Assembly (NCBI GenBank): GCA_963793425.1
Contig: CAWCAG010000007.1
Coordinates: forward strand, 800,001-864,000
Length of the DNA stretch: 64,000 nucleotides
Source: an uncultured cyanobacterium
GTDB taxonomy: Bacteria > Cyanobacteriota > Cyanobacteriia > Cyanobacteriales > CAWCAG01
Reading direction: 5' to 3'
Below are positions 38,686 to 49,365 of the stretch, in pieces. Position numbers and translations under genes: made by a program. The number at the start of each line of letters is the position of its first letter. The first letter of the stretch is position 1. The notes below the pieces were generated by a model, which did no database searches, was not told the DNA's origin, and worked only from the letters and a program-made list of their open reading frames with translations.

Positions 38686-39816
38686 TCATCCCCACAAACG
38701 ACGGCGGGGTTTACCATTAAGACGATTGTGAGTATCTTTTAATAACCAAGGGATATTTAATTCTTCAGGACAGCGAGGAAGACATTCGCCACAATCAGTA
38801 CAGCGGTTGCCCTTTTTGCCAGGAAACCAATGCCCAGCATTTTCTAACATCTGATAACGATATTGACCATAGTTTTGCAGATCATAAGCTACCGTAAGAT
38901 TTCGCAAACGCAAAATTTCGGGAATATTAATCTCTTCCGGGCAGGGTAGACATTGATAGCACTGACTACATTTATCAGTAGCAAGTTTCTTGTTTAACTC
39001 AATTTCTAAAACTTTAAATATTTCTTCTTCCTGGGGAGTGAGGGGGTCATCTTTGTTAGCTACTTGAAGAGGTTGTGGCAACTGTTGAGGGTTAGCCGGA
39101 CCAACACTAAGGGTAGAAATTCGGCGATCGCTTAATAAAAAACGGTAGTTCAACTCCAAAGGGGAAAAGGGCTTACATAACTCTGTTAAAGTTTCTGGAG
39201 GTGTATAGAGTTTTCCTCCTTTATCTCCTGGAGAGATAATAAATATTCCCATATCCTTCTCAAAAGCAAGCTGAATTGCGGCTGCGTTGCGCTGGAAGAA
39301 ATAGTAATAATGTAAGTTGATGAAGGAGAATAAGTTAGTATTTATAGTGGCGAGAATTATCTCTAAAGGGGCATGAGTAGAAAAGCCTACTTGCCGAATT
39401 TTCCCTGCTGCGATCGCCTCTTGCACCGCTTTCATGCAGCCTTGGGGATGAGTCAGCCAATGAAAATGTTCCCAAGTATTAACCCCATGAATGGCTAGGC
39501 AATCAAGATAATCAACCTGGAGGCGTTCTAAAGATTGATTAATTTCCTGACGCATTTGTTGAGGATCAGGAGTTGGCAACAGCTTAGTAGTAATGTATAA
39601 CTGCTCTCGCAGCAAGGGCAAGCCCCGTTTCAAAGCTTGGCCTATATAACGCTCACTCTCGCCATATCCTCTAGCTGTTTCTAAATGATTGATACCCGCA
39701 GCCGTAGCTGCATAGATAGTTTCGTAGGCTATTGAGGATGAAGCTAAACAACCCATGGTTCCCAAAGAAAAAACAGAGAACTGGAAGTCAGTTTTACCAA
39801 ACTGCCGATATTGCAT
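38686..39816 (-). CDS. Aldo/keto reductase with C-terminal 4Fe-4S dicluster
   Basis: HLETARGYG, GFSTH, CSQCYQCLPCP, CTDCGECLPRCP. Confidence 0.92.
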   Translation of the reverse strand: MQYRQFGKTDFQFSVFSLGTMGCLASSSIAYETIYAATAAGINHLETARGYGESERYIGQALKRGLPLLREQLYITTKLLPTPDPQQMRQEINQSLERLQVDYLDCLAIHGVNTWEHFHWLTHPQGCMKAVQEAIAAGKIRQVGFSTHAPLEIILATINTNLFSFINLHYYYFFQRNAAAIQLAFEKDMGIFIISPGDKGGKLYTPPETLTELCKPFSPLELNYRFLLSDRRISTLSVGPANPQQLPQPLQVANKDDPLTPQEEEIFKVLEIELNKKLATDKCSQCYQCLPCPEEINIPEILRLRNLTVAYDLQNYGQYRYQMLENAGHWFPGKKGNRCTDCGECLPRCPEELNIPWLLKDTHNRLNGKPRRRLWG

Positions 39817-39885
39817 GATCTCAACTACTGCGTGGAAGTCATAAACCTGTCCTATAAATTAAATATCCCTTAAGCTATGGTGTGG

Positions 39886-40374
39886 TTAGGAACTGCTACG
39901 ATCAGCAAAGTCTTCTGGCCGAATATTAGACACAAATTCTTTAAAAGCTTGCCTTTCTTCCTCATCAGCTTCCCTATCCACAGGGATGGAGGCATCAGCA
40001 ACAACTTCTTCCATAACCCAAATGGGGCTGTCTGTACGCAAAGCAACGGAAATAGCATCGCTAGGACGACAATCTATTTCTTTTTTTACCTCTCCTTGAC
40101 GCATACACAAGACAGCATAGAAAGTACTATCTTGGAGAGAATGAATTATAATACGCTCCAAATCCATTTCCCAAACTTCCAAAGTATTGGCAATTAGGTC
40201 GTGGGTTAAAGGGCGAGGGGGTTTTTGTCTTTCTAAAGCGCTGATAATTGACTTTGCCTGGTCTTGTCCAATATAAATAGGCAGAGCGCGTCTACCCAGG
40301 CCATCCTTAAGCAAAACTATAGGGCTGCGTGTGACGGCATCTAATGCAATTCCAGCAACTTTCATTTCAATCAT
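39886..40374 (-). CDS. Bifunctional nuclease family protein (DUF151)
   Basis: LPIYIG, RPLTHDL, DCRPSDAI. Confidence 0.92.
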   Translation of the reverse strand: MIEMKVAGIALDAVTRSPIVLLKDGLGRRALPIYIGQDQAKSIISALERQKPPRPLTHDLIANTLEVWEMDLERIIIHSLQDSTFYAVLCMRQGEVKKEIDCRPSDAISVALRTDSPIWVMEEVVADASIPVDREADEEERQAFKEFVSNIRPEDFADRSSS

Positions 40375-40690
40375 CGGCTTAGCCTCTAAAACAGAGTTGA
40401 AATTTGGACGAGGTTATCTATATAGGGTGAATAGAGAGAAAACAAACGGTAGAATCGAAAATTAGGTAATAAGCTATGTCTCCTTTTGAAGATTTTACCT
40501 ATTATCCTTGCTAATTTCTATACTTCGCTTTTTCTTTTCAAGAATCTATCCATAATCCAAGTATGCCCCAGTCTGAAGTTGAATGGGCTTATACTTTAGG
40601 AAAAATATCGAGAATTATCACCGATATATTGGGCTGCTAGCAGCCCAATGAGAACAATTCTTTTAAAAATTACATTTCTCAGAAAATAAA

Positions 40691-41377
40691 GTGTTTACAG
40701 GATTAATTCAAACTCTTGGCAAAATTACTTCCCTAGAACAAGACAGATTTATTTTATCTTGCCCCAGGGAAAGTTCTCAGTTGCTTTGGCAAGATTTAGA
40801 AATTGGCGATAGCGTGGCAGTAGATGGAGTCTGTTTAACGGTGGAGGAGATTTTAGGTGATGGTTTTGTCGCTACGGCTTCTCCTGAGACTCTCAAGCGT
40901 ACTACCCTGGGCAAGGCTCATCAAACAGCTAGTTGGGTCAATTTAGAAACTTCCATGAGGGTTGGTAGCAAACTAGGGGGACATTTTGTCACCGGCCATG
41001 TTGACGGATTAGGTTGTTTGATGGAGTCAATGCAAGCAGATAAATCTTGGGAAATGTGTTTCGCTGCACCCCCTGCTTTAGAAAGTCAATGGCAAGAAAA
41101 CATTGCCCGCTACCTCATACCAAAAGGAAGTATTGCTGTTAATGGTATTAGCCTGACAGTATCAGATTGCGACAGGGCTGGTAGTTGGTTTAAGGTGGCT
41201 GTGATTCCCCATAGCTATGAACAAACTAATCTCGCTGCCCTTAAGGTTGGTAATTTAGTTAATTTGGAAGGAGATATTTTAGGTAAGTATGTAGACAAGT
41301 TGTTGTCCTACGGTGACTCAACTAAAGGACAAACCGAAGAAATTAGTTTGAGTTTTTTAACTGAAAATGGTTATTAA
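40691..41377 (+). CDS. ribE: Riboflavin synthase (alpha chain)
   Basis: MFTGLI, DSVAVDGVCLTV, GGHFVTGHVDG, KGSIAVNGISLT. Confidence 0.95.
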   Translation: MFTGLIQTLGKITSLEQDRFILSCPRESSQLLWQDLEIGDSVAVDGVCLTVEEILGDGFVATASPETLKRTTLGKAHQTASWVNLETSMRVGSKLGGHFVTGHVDGLGCLMESMQADKSWEMCFAAPPALESQWQENIARYLIPKGSIAVNGISLTVSDCDRAGSWFKVAVIPHSYEQTNLAALKVGNLVNLEGDILGKYVDKLLSYGDSTKGQTEEISLSFLTENGY

Positions 41378-41398
41378 ATAAGTTGATTTACGGTATAT

Positions 41399-43123
41399 AT
41401 GATCTCTAAATTATCAACTCTATTTCAACAACACTCAACCCGTAAAACCTACTTAATTGAATTTATTTTAATTCTGGGTTTAATATTAGCAACTATCCTC
41501 ATTAATCTCCGCATGATACGCTACGGAATTAGTGGTTTGGGTGATTTTAGATGGCATATTACCTGGATTCAGCATTTCTCAACTCAACTGAGGGAAGGCA
41601 TCTGGTATCCTCGCTGGCTTGCTGGTACGAATTACGGTTATGGTAGCCCTACCTTTGTTTTCTATCCGCCTCTCATTTATTATCTTGGTTCAGGCTTAAA
41701 ACTTTTGGGTTTAAATATTGATCAAACCCTGGCTATTCTCTTTTCTACTGCCCTTTTCTTATCTGGTTTAACTTTTTATATTTTTGCTCGTCATAAATGG
41801 GGGCAAATTCCTGCTTTTATAGCTGCTTTGTGCTACATGACTTGCCCTGGCATTATTTCCCTTATTAACGGAGGAACGCTTGCTTTTTTGTTCTCTGCAC
41901 CTTTAATACCTTTAGGGTTTTACTTAACAAATAAAGCTATTCATGAGCCGAAATGGAGAATTCCTCTCAGCCTTTCTTGGTCTGTATTAGCTCTAACCCA
42001 CGTTCCCAGTTTGCTCCTTTATACAATAGCTTGGTTTGTTTATTTAGGATTTCTAATTAGAAAGAATAACTGGCAGTCTATTATCTTAACTACCTTAACT
42101 ACAGGAGTTGGTTTTGGCTTAGTTTCTTTATATCTTTTACCAGCAACCCTAGAGAAATCCGGGGTTAATGTTGAGTATATGAAAAGTTCGAGGGGAACGT
42201 TTCAAGAAAAAATGCTCGATGTTTCCCAAATGCTTAGCGGTGGGCTATCAGATATAATTTTTAAGCAATTGTTAGCAGTTGCTGCTTTTGCCATAATTTG
42301 TTTCTTCATCTCTTCTCGAAATAGAGAAATAGCTAAGCAAGCTGGGCTTTGGTTAATTTATGTCTTGATAGTATTATTTTTTATTAGTGAATGGTCTTGG
42401 CCGGTTTGGAGTTTAAGTGAAACTTTACAACAAGTACAAAGTTCTTGGAGACTAGGATTTCTGTTCTATTTTGGACAAGCTGCCTTATGCGGCTTAGCAG
42501 TAAAAGGGATTTTGAATCTACGCTTACGGTACAGAATTTTCCCCTTAGTGTTAATTTTAACAATCATTTTTGCCAACTTCCATTTTGGTTATAAAATGAC
42601 TCGTAAATTTCCAGCTATTAATAGCCCCGGAGGAGGAGAAATTCCTTTAGGCGAATGGATTGAAACAGCACTTTATGACCCCTACTCAGAAAAATTAGTT
42701 GATGTACCTGAGTATGTTCCTTTATTAGAAAATGGCAATCATGCACCTTATCCAAAAATAGACCAACCTAAAGTTAGTCTTGTTGAGGGTAGGGGAGATT
42801 TTCAAATTAGCAAATGGGCTAGTTATCAAAGACTAATTCAAGTAAATGCAGAAGAAAAATCTCTACTGAAAGTTAGGACTTACTATTATCCAGGTTGGCA
42901 TTTATATGTTAATGATCAGCCGGAAGATATTGAGGTTTTGCCAGACGGAACTATGGGTATTAATATAGAACCTGGTTCATCTTTGATTAAGCTAAAATAT
43001 CAACAAACGCCAGTTTTTCAACTAGGTATCTTATTCAGTATCTTGAGTGTTTTTGCTTTCATTGGTTTCAGCTTAATTAATCTTCGAACTAGTACCAAAA
43101 TTTCTAAACACGAACCTAATTAG
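41399..43123 (+). CDS. Polytopic membrane protein, PTPS-related/YfhO-like (probable GT-C glycosyltransferase)
   Basis: WYPRWL..NYGYGSPTFVFYPPL, many TMs, C-terminal YYPGW. Confidence 0.8.
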   Translation: MISKLSTLFQQHSTRKTYLIEFILILGLILATILINLRMIRYGISGLGDFRWHITWIQHFSTQLREGIWYPRWLAGTNYGYGSPTFVFYPPLIYYLGSGLKLLGLNIDQTLAILFSTALFLSGLTFYIFARHKWGQIPAFIAALCYMTCPGIISLINGGTLAFLFSAPLIPLGFYLTNKAIHEPKWRIPLSLSWSVLALTHVPSLLLYTIAWFVYLGFLIRKNNWQSIILTTLTTGVGFGLVSLYLLPATLEKSGVNVEYMKSSRGTFQEKMLDVSQMLSGGLSDIIFKQLLAVAAFAIICFFISSRNREIAKQAGLWLIYVLIVLFFISEWSWPVWSLSETLQQVQSSWRLGFLFYFGQAALCGLAVKGILNLRLRYRIFPLVLILTIIFANFHFGYKMTRKFPAINSPGGGEIPLGEWIETALYDPYSEKLVDVPEYVPLLENGNHAPYPKIDQPKVSLVEGRGDFQISKWASYQRLIQVNAEEKSLLKVRTYYYPGWHLYVNDQPEDIEVLPDGTMGINIEPGSSLIKLKYQQTPVFQLGILFSILSVFAFIGFSLINLRTSTKISKHEPN

Positions 43124-43662
43124 CTTTTAATCGCTTCTAAATAACTCTTTCTCAATTCCATAATTGTTGATTCAACTTGTTGCTCAATTAAATTAGGGTT
43201 ATCTCTGAATTGAACAATTTGTTCTCGACGTTGGCGCAAAGAAGCAATTTCTTCTTCTCCAAGGGCTTGCCCTTGAATTTCCCCTTTTTCAATTACTTCA
43301 TCTAGTTGAGATAAAGCATTACCATCTTGCAAGAGAGCTTCTAATTGTAATCTTTCCTCAAAAATAACTCCAATAAACTGGTGATATTTTAAAATCAATT
43401 GTAGGCGCGTTTCTGCTGCTTTATATTCTTCTTCTTTACCTAACTTAGTAAGAATTTGGCTCTTACCGTACCAAGAAATAATATCATGAGGATAAATGGC
43501 GATCGCCTCTTCGCAAGCACCAAGAGATTGTTGTCCCTGTAGTTGAAGACATTGGGTAATTAAGTTATCGAAGTTGTTGTTTTCTTGAGCAAGTACACTA
43601 TTGCTAAAGGAGAAGCAAAATAGCATAGTTACGAGAATTATTTTTGTCAGTAGCTGTTTCAT
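43120..43662 (-). CDS. Exported TPR-like protein
   Basis: Signal peptide; ACEEAIAIYP..SWYGKSQILTKLG. Confidence 0.65.
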   Translation of the reverse strand: MKQLLTKIILVTMLFCFSFSNSVLAQENNNFDNLITQCLQLQGQQSLGACEEAIAIYPHDIISWYGKSQILTKLGKEEEYKAAETRLQLILKYHQFIGVIFEERLQLEALLQDGNALSQLDEVIEKGEIQGQALGEEEIASLRQRREQIVQFRDNPNLIEQQVESTIMELRKSYLEAIKS

Positions 43663-43719
43663 TTCTGTTGAATATTTAATGTATTAGCTTAACCAGTACG
43701 AAAATTGCTATAAATCAAT

Positions 43720-45801
43720 TCAAAAGTCGGCATACTCATCTTCTAAATCATGATCAAATGAAGGTTGGGGTAATTCTTTCTCCTCAAATGTTAATTCATC
43801 CCCAAGTTCAATAACTTCTCCTGAAAAAATCTCCGCTAAGCTTTTCGCTGTATTAGCAATTTCTTTTCTAGTCATTTCTGTGTTTGTTTCAGGAAGATTA
43901 GTTAAATATGAATTAGGAATATTTTCAGTTACTAGTGTTTCTTCCCTAATAATAGTAGAAGTTGCGCTTTTGATCTCTGAACTAGGGACATTACTAATGG
44001 GAGTTTCTTCTTTGACAACAGTAGGAGTAGTGATTTCAAGAGGAGAAGGTTCTTGTGGAGGAGCTTTTTTTACCTCTTCCTTGGTAGGCAAAGCTGTTTG
44101 AGCTAAGTTGTCTATCTCTCTAGTTAAATTAGGATTACTTAGAGGTTGTTGCGGCGGCTTTTCTACAGCTTTAGGAGGGGTTTGCGAAAAATTTGCCTTC
44201 CCTTGAGGAGTTACTTTGTTGCCTATTTGAAAACGAACAGTTACTTGCTGATTATAAAGCTTTTTAAAGGCTTTTTCTATACCATCTTTTCTGCCTTTAG
44301 CAATATCTAGTAAAGTTTGGTTTTTAGCAGTTATAATTGCCGAAGAAGCAGTTAAACTAATTAAATTACAGTGATCTTTCAATAAGGATTGTGTTGTCGG
44401 CACTAGACATTCAATTATTTTGTGCCAAATTTCTAGCAAGTCTGCTGAATCATTAGTTGTTGCTTGAGAAGTTATTTGAGGAATAGAACCTGGTTTTTCA
44501 GGGGCTGGTTGAGGAGTTTGAGGTTTATTATTACTAACTGGTTGAGGAGGGGGAGTCTGTTTATTAGTATTTGTCTGCTGGGTATTTGTAGTTGCTTGCG
44601 GAGTAGAAGTTTGTTGATTAGGGAGTGGTTTATTAGTATTTGTTTGTTGCGTATTTGTAGTTGCAGGACGATTATTTATTAGTTGTTGATTGTTGGTGTT
44701 TGTTGGTGTTGCCATCGCTGAAGGTAACAAACTCAACAAAGTCACTTCTAACCAAAGACGAGGTTGAGTTGTATTTTTTATTTGTACTTCGCTATCTTTT
44801 AAATGCTGTTGACCCTGTAAAATTCTCTGAATATGCCAATGTTGTGCTTCGGTACATAAAGCTTGCCAAGTAAGAGCAGTAACTGCTACCATTTCTGAAC
44901 TATGAGGAGAAGTTTTTGCTATTAAAAGATTAAGATAAAATCCCGCTAAATTTTGCAAAACCACTAACGGTTCCCTACCTCTATTTAATAAGTTACGGCA
45001 TTGCTTAATAACAGTTTCGGGTTGATCGGAATTAATAGCTTGGAGTAAGTCAAATAAATCTCGTTCAGGAACAGCACCAACTAAATCCCAAACTTTTTCA
45101 ACAGTAATTTCTCCTGTCAATAAACTTAACTGATCTAAAAGACTTTCCGCATCCCTCAAACCTCCATTAGCAATTTGCCCCACAATAGTAATTGCTTCTA
45201 GGTTAATATTAATATTCTCTTCAATAGCAATCTTTTCTAAATGACTCACCATTGCTTCTAAAGCAATGCGACGGAAATCGAAACGCTGACAACGAGAAAT
45301 GATGGTTGAAAGCACTCTTTGAGGATCGGTAGTAGCTAGAACAAAAACCACTCGCCCAGGAGGTTCTTCTAAGGTTTTCAGCAAAGCATTAAATGCTGCT
45401 GTGCTGAGCATATGAACCTCATCAATGATATAAATCTTATAGCGACAACGAACCGGAGCAAATTGCGATCGCTCAATAATATCACGAATGTTATCAACCC
45501 CTGTATTACTCGCGGCATCAATTTCAATGACATCTAAAGCCAAACCATCAGCAATTTGTCTACATACTTCACATTTTCCGCAAGGATTTGGGGTTGGTTT
45601 TTGACTAGCTATACAATTAAGAGATTTAGCAAAAATCCGCGCTGAAGAAGTTTTTCCTGTCCCTCTTGGCCCTGTAAACAAGTAAGCAGGAGCAATTTTT
45701 TGGGTCAAGATCGCATTAGTTAAAGTAGTTGAGATCGCCTCTTGCCCAACCAATTCAGCAAAGGTTTGAGGGCGGTACTTATGATGTAAAGGGTTATACA
45801 T
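43720..45801 (-). CDS. dnaX: DNA polymerase III subunit gamma/tau
   Basis: HKYRPQTF, GPRGTGKTS, EIDAAS, DEVHMLS, SRCQ. Confidence 0.97.
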   Translation of the reverse strand: MYNPLHHKYRPQTFAELVGQEAISTTLTNAILTQKIAPAYLFTGPRGTGKTSSARIFAKSLNCIASQKPTPNPCGKCEVCRQIADGLALDVIEIDAASNTGVDNIRDIIERSQFAPVRCRYKIYIIDEVHMLSTAAFNALLKTLEEPPGRVVFVLATTDPQRVLSTIISRCQRFDFRRIALEAMVSHLEKIAIEENININLEAITIVGQIANGGLRDAESLLDQLSLLTGEITVEKVWDLVGAVPERDLFDLLQAINSDQPETVIKQCRNLLNRGREPLVVLQNLAGFYLNLLIAKTSPHSSEMVAVTALTWQALCTEAQHWHIQRILQGQQHLKDSEVQIKNTTQPRLWLEVTLLSLLPSAMATPTNTNNQQLINNRPATTNTQQTNTNKPLPNQQTSTPQATTNTQQTNTNKQTPPPQPVSNNKPQTPQPAPEKPGSIPQITSQATTNDSADLLEIWHKIIECLVPTTQSLLKDHCNLISLTASSAIITAKNQTLLDIAKGRKDGIEKAFKKLYNQQVTVRFQIGNKVTPQGKANFSQTPPKAVEKPPQQPLSNPNLTREIDNLAQTALPTKEEVKKAPPQEPSPLEITTPTVVKEETPISNVPSSEIKSATSTIIREETLVTENIPNSYLTNLPETNTEMTRKEIANTAKSLAEIFSGEVIELGDELTFEEKELPQPSFDHDLEDEYADF

Positions 45802-45910
45802 TTATCATTAAACATTTATCATTTATCATTAAATACTTATACCTATTACTTATTACTTATTACCTATCACTTATTACCTATTACCTATTACTTATTACCT
45901 ATTACTTACC
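45802..45910. repeat. STRR heptamer tract (TTATCAT / TTATTAC variants)
   Basis: About 15 degenerate tandem heptamers; similar tracts at 22733, 28452, 29236, 32966, 51735, 54265, 61999. Confidence 0.8.
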
Positions 45911-46576
45911 AGACTCCCTTTCCTCCAACTCCTTCTGCGGAGACTGGCGACGGCGGCGATACCAGGTGGCACAGGCTACAAGCATTCCTGTTAAGGTAAA
46001 AGCGAACATCAAAGGGAGAATATTTCCCTGTTTTAACGACTGTAAGCCAGAACCCATCATTACAAAAGGTAAAATCCCTGGAACTGTTCCCAGTAGAGTT
46101 CCTATTATATAATCGCGGAAACGAATTGAAGTTAAACCCGCAGCAAAATTAACAATGCCATAGGGAATAAGGGGTAGCAAGCGAATAGCGAACATATAAA
46201 ACAAGCCCCCTTGACGCATTTCTGCGTCAATTGCTTCCCATCTTCCAGCTAACTTTTGGGCAACAAAATCTCTGCCGATGGTACGGGTAAAGGCAAAGGA
46301 AACCACAGCCGCAACTAGTGCGGCGACAGTTGTCCATAAAGTACCTTCCCAAAGTCCAAAAATTGCTCCCCCACTTAAATTTAAGGGAGTAGAAGGCAAA
46401 ATTAGCAAAGTTCCGACAGTATAAAGCACAATATAAATAATTGGGGCCCAAATTCCTGCTGCTTCTAGCCAGGCTTGAATTTGTGCTTCATCTATTCCCC
46501 CTAAAAGCACAATGCCTAATCCTGTGGCAATGATGCAAACAATAATCAAAATTAAAAAGCTCGTTTTTAGTTTCAA
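45902..46576 (-). CDS. TVP38/TMEM64 (DedA superfamily) membrane protein
   Basis: GAIFG, IRLLPLIPYGIVNFAAG. Confidence 0.9.
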   Translation of the reverse strand: MKLKTSFLILIIVCIIATGLGIVLLGGIDEAQIQAWLEAAGIWAPIIYIVLYTVGTLLILPSTPLNLSGGAIFGLWEGTLWTTVAALVAAVVSFAFTRTIGRDFVAQKLAGRWEAIDAEMRQGGLFYMFAIRLLPLIPYGIVNFAAGLTSIRFRDYIIGTLLGTVPGILPFVMMGSGLQSLKQGNILPLMFAFTLTGMLVACATWYRRRRQSPQKELEERESGK

Positions 46577-46708
46577 AATAATCTTCCCGCCAGCATAGAT
46601 GATAGTTTGACTAAAGTAAGAGAAAAGAGGCCTTGTTCAAGAATTTATATTTGTCACTTGCTCTTTCAAAGAAGTTGAGAAAATGACTTAATTGAAAGTG
46701 TCAAAAAG

Positions 46709-47692
46709 CTACAACTTTTGTTTGGTTTCGACACTTCTATTTTCTTCTTCAAAACCATAGGATTCTCTAACAAAATAGAGAGGGCGTGCTTTAACCTCTT
46801 CATAAACACGACCTAAATATTCACCGATTACCCCCAAAGTGATCAGTTGAATTCCTCCAAAAAAGAGAATCATCACTAAAGTTGAAGCATAACCCGGTAC
46901 GTCAACATAGCCACGAATGATAATACGAATAATCAAAAACGAAGCATATAAAAAAGCAACCGAAGAAATAGATAATCCCACATAAGTCCAAATTTTTAAA
47001 GGTGCAGAACTAAAAGAAGTAATCCCATCAATAGCAAAATTCCATAACTTCCAATAATTCCAAGAAGTTGTTCCTTTATGGCGTTGAGGGCGATCAAATA
47101 ATACCGAAGTTTGCTTAAAGCCTACCCAAGCAAACATCCCTTTCATAAAGCGATTTCTTTCTGGCATTTGTTTTAAAGCTTCTATCACTCGCCGATCAAT
47201 TAAGCGAAAATCTCCGGTATTAGCGGGAATTTGAGTTTTGCTAATTTTGCCAATTACTCGATAAAATCCTGAAGCTGTAAAATTTTTCACCCAACCCTCT
47301 TCTCTAACACGGCGAGTCGCATAAACCACATCATAACCTTCTCGCCATTTTGCTACTAATTCTCCAATTAATTCGGGAGGATCTTGTAAATCTGCATCAA
47401 TAGGAATAGCGGCTGCACCCCTGCTATAATCTAATCCAGCACTGAGAGCAACTTCTTTACCAAAATTACGAGAAAAGTTAATCGTTTTAATTCTAGGATT
47501 GCGTTGATTATGCTCCTTTAAATGTTGCAGACTATTATCTTGACTCCCATCATTAATACAAATAATCTCATAATTAGTATCAAGATTTTCTAATACCGAT
47601 TCGAGCCGTTCAAATAAATAATCAAGATTGTCTTCCTCATTATAAATAGGAATAATGATTGAAAGTTCTATTTTAGTTATGTCATCAAGCAT
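46709..47692 (-). CDS. GtrB-like polyprenol-phosphate glycosyltransferase (GT2)
   Basis: PIYNEE, SRNFGKE, DADLQDPP, GDFRL, two C-terminal TMs. Confidence 0.92.
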   Translation of the reverse strand: MLDDITKIELSIIIPIYNEEDNLDYLFERLESVLENLDTNYEIICINDGSQDNSLQHLKEHNQRNPRIKTINFSRNFGKEVALSAGLDYSRGAAAIPIDADLQDPPELIGELVAKWREGYDVVYATRRVREEGWVKNFTASGFYRVIGKISKTQIPANTGDFRLIDRRVIEALKQMPERNRFMKGMFAWVGFKQTSVLFDRPQRHKGTTSWNYWKLWNFAIDGITSFSSAPLKIWTYVGLSISSVAFLYASFLIIRIIIRGYVDVPGYASTLVMILFFGGIQLITLGVIGEYLGRVYEEVKARPLYFVRESYGFEEENRSVETKQKL

Positions 47693-47843
47693 AAGTAGGA
47701 AAAAGCCAAATTACTATCGAAACTGTTATGAGTAACTACCGATATTTACTATTTGAACTTATCAAAATATTTTTTTCTTCTCCCCTATCTTGTTGATTCA
47801 ATCTTTAAGTCAGGCAATAAAAAGCTATTCTCAACCATAACTA

Positions 47844-48494
47844 ATGGCTAATAAAGACCCCAACCGTATCTTAAGATTACTTCCTCTCTATGTCGGTGGA
47901 TTGGGAGGAACATTACTATTAATTAATCGTTTAGTTACACCACAACTAACTTCTAGCCAGTCTCGTGCCGATGTTTTGGGGGTTATCCTTAGTGCCGTAC
48001 TGATTTTAACAGGTTTGCTTTGGCAACAAGTACAACCGCGTTCCCCTGATGCGGTGGAGTTAATTGGGGTTGAAGGCTTTGAGATTAAGCCCGATTTACC
48101 GGAAGAAGTAAAAACAGAGTTAGCTTGGGCAACTCATTTAATTTTGACAAATACTGCCACGCGATCGCTGGTGGTTTGGTACAAAGAGGAAGTTTTGCTA
48201 CGCAGAGGGATTTTGAGCAGTAACCCTGATGTTAAACCAGGAAAAATTCTCACAAGGGTCTTAGATAGCCAGAAACCTATTTATTTGGTTAGGTTAGATT
48301 TATACCCAGGGAAAATTGAGTTTACTTACTTGCCAGAGAACACACAAGGGGTGATTTGTCAACCTTTAGGAAACCAAGGCGCAATGATATTGGGGGCAAA
48401 TGCTCCCCGCAGCTATACGAAACAAGATGAAAAATGGCTAGAGGCGATCGCCGAGAAATTAAGCGTTACCTTAGCTGCTAATTTTCCAGACTAA
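47844..48494 (+). CDS. Cofactor assembly of complex C subunit B (CCB2/CCB4 family)
   Basis: LLLINRL, SQSRADVL, ELAWA, YLPENTQ. Confidence 0.8.
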   Translation: MANKDPNRILRLLPLYVGGLGGTLLLINRLVTPQLTSSQSRADVLGVILSAVLILTGLLWQQVQPRSPDAVELIGVEGFEIKPDLPEEVKTELAWATHLILTNTATRSLVVWYKEEVLLRRGILSSNPDVKPGKILTRVLDSQKPIYLVRLDLYPGKIEFTYLPENTQGVICQPLGNQGAMILGANAPRSYTKQDEKWLEAIAEKLSVTLAANFPD

Positions 48495-49365
48495 CCCCTG
48501 CTATCTCCAGGATTTGAGGAATCAAATCTTCTCGCTTAACTGCCATCATATGTACTCCCTGGCATAAATCTTTAGCTAAGCTTACTTGTTCGGCGGCAAT
48601 TTTTATACCTTCAGAGAGGGGATCTTTGGCTGCCCCTAAGCGTTCGATAGTTTCTTGGGGAATATCTACCCCAGGAACGTAGCGATTAATAAAGTTGGCA
48701 TTTTTCGCTGACTTAAGCAGAAAAATTCCTGCTAAGATAGGTTGTTCTATACCGACAGCTACTTGAGACATAAACTTTTCTAACTTATCAAAATCACTAA
48801 TTAACTGACTTTGGAAAAATTGCGCCCCGGCTGCTAACTTATGCTCAAAGCGGCGCTGTATTGCTGATAACTTCATTTGTGGATCTACTGCTGCACCGGG
48901 AAATAAATCTGTAGCTGCATCAGGAAGGGATTTATCATTACTATCCACACCACTATTGAGTTTGCTAATCACTTTTAGTAAACGCACCGCCTCAAGGTCA
49001 AATACAGACTTAGCTTTAGGATAATCCCCAGCCTTAACCGGATCTCCTGTCAGGGCTAAGATATTACGAATACCTAAACCATGAGCCCCCATTAAATCTG
49101 CTTGTAAACCGATACAATTGCGATCGCGACAAGCTATTTGACAAATGGGTTCGATTCCCTGTTGTAATAAAATTGCTGAAGCAGCCACAGAAGACATTCT
49201 CAGCACCGCACGACTACCATCGGTAACATTTACCGCATGAACTTTTCCTTTGAGAAGACGTGCCATGGCTAACATTCGTTCTGGATTGCTTCCCTTCGGA
49301 GGTGTCACCTCAGCAGTAATGAGAAATTCTTTGTTTTTAACAGCGCTGCGAAAACGATTGGTCAT
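48478..49365 (-). CDS. metF: Methylenetetrahydrofolate reductase
   Basis: EVTPPKG, NVTDG, CRDRN, LALTGD, GAQFFQSQ. Confidence 0.92.
   Translation of the reverse strand: MTNRFRSAVKNKEFLITAEVTPPKGSNPERMLAMARLLKGKVHAVNVTDGSRAVLRMSSVAASAILLQQGIEPICQIACRDRNCIGLQADLMGAHGLGIRNILALTGDPVKAGDYPKAKSVFDLEAVRLLKVISKLNSGVDSNDKSLPDAATDLFPGAAVDPQMKLSAIQRRFEHKLAAGAQFFQSQLISDFDKLEKFMSQVAVGIEQPILAGIFLLKSAKNANFINRYVPGVDIPQETIERLGAAKDPLSEGIKIAAEQVSLAKDLCQGVHMMAVKREDLIPQILEIAGVSLEN

Noticed and set aside
40375..40690. FMN riboswitch before ribE (likewise preQ1 before queC and SAM before metF)
   Set aside because: No recognisable aptamer consensus by eye; an Rfam scan would be decisive.
45380..45450. DnaX intein
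   Set aside because: IIDEVHMLS is uninterrupted.
45729..46112. 127-aa + strand ORF
   Set aside because: It translates the STRR tract (LITYY repeats) and overlaps two real genes antisense.
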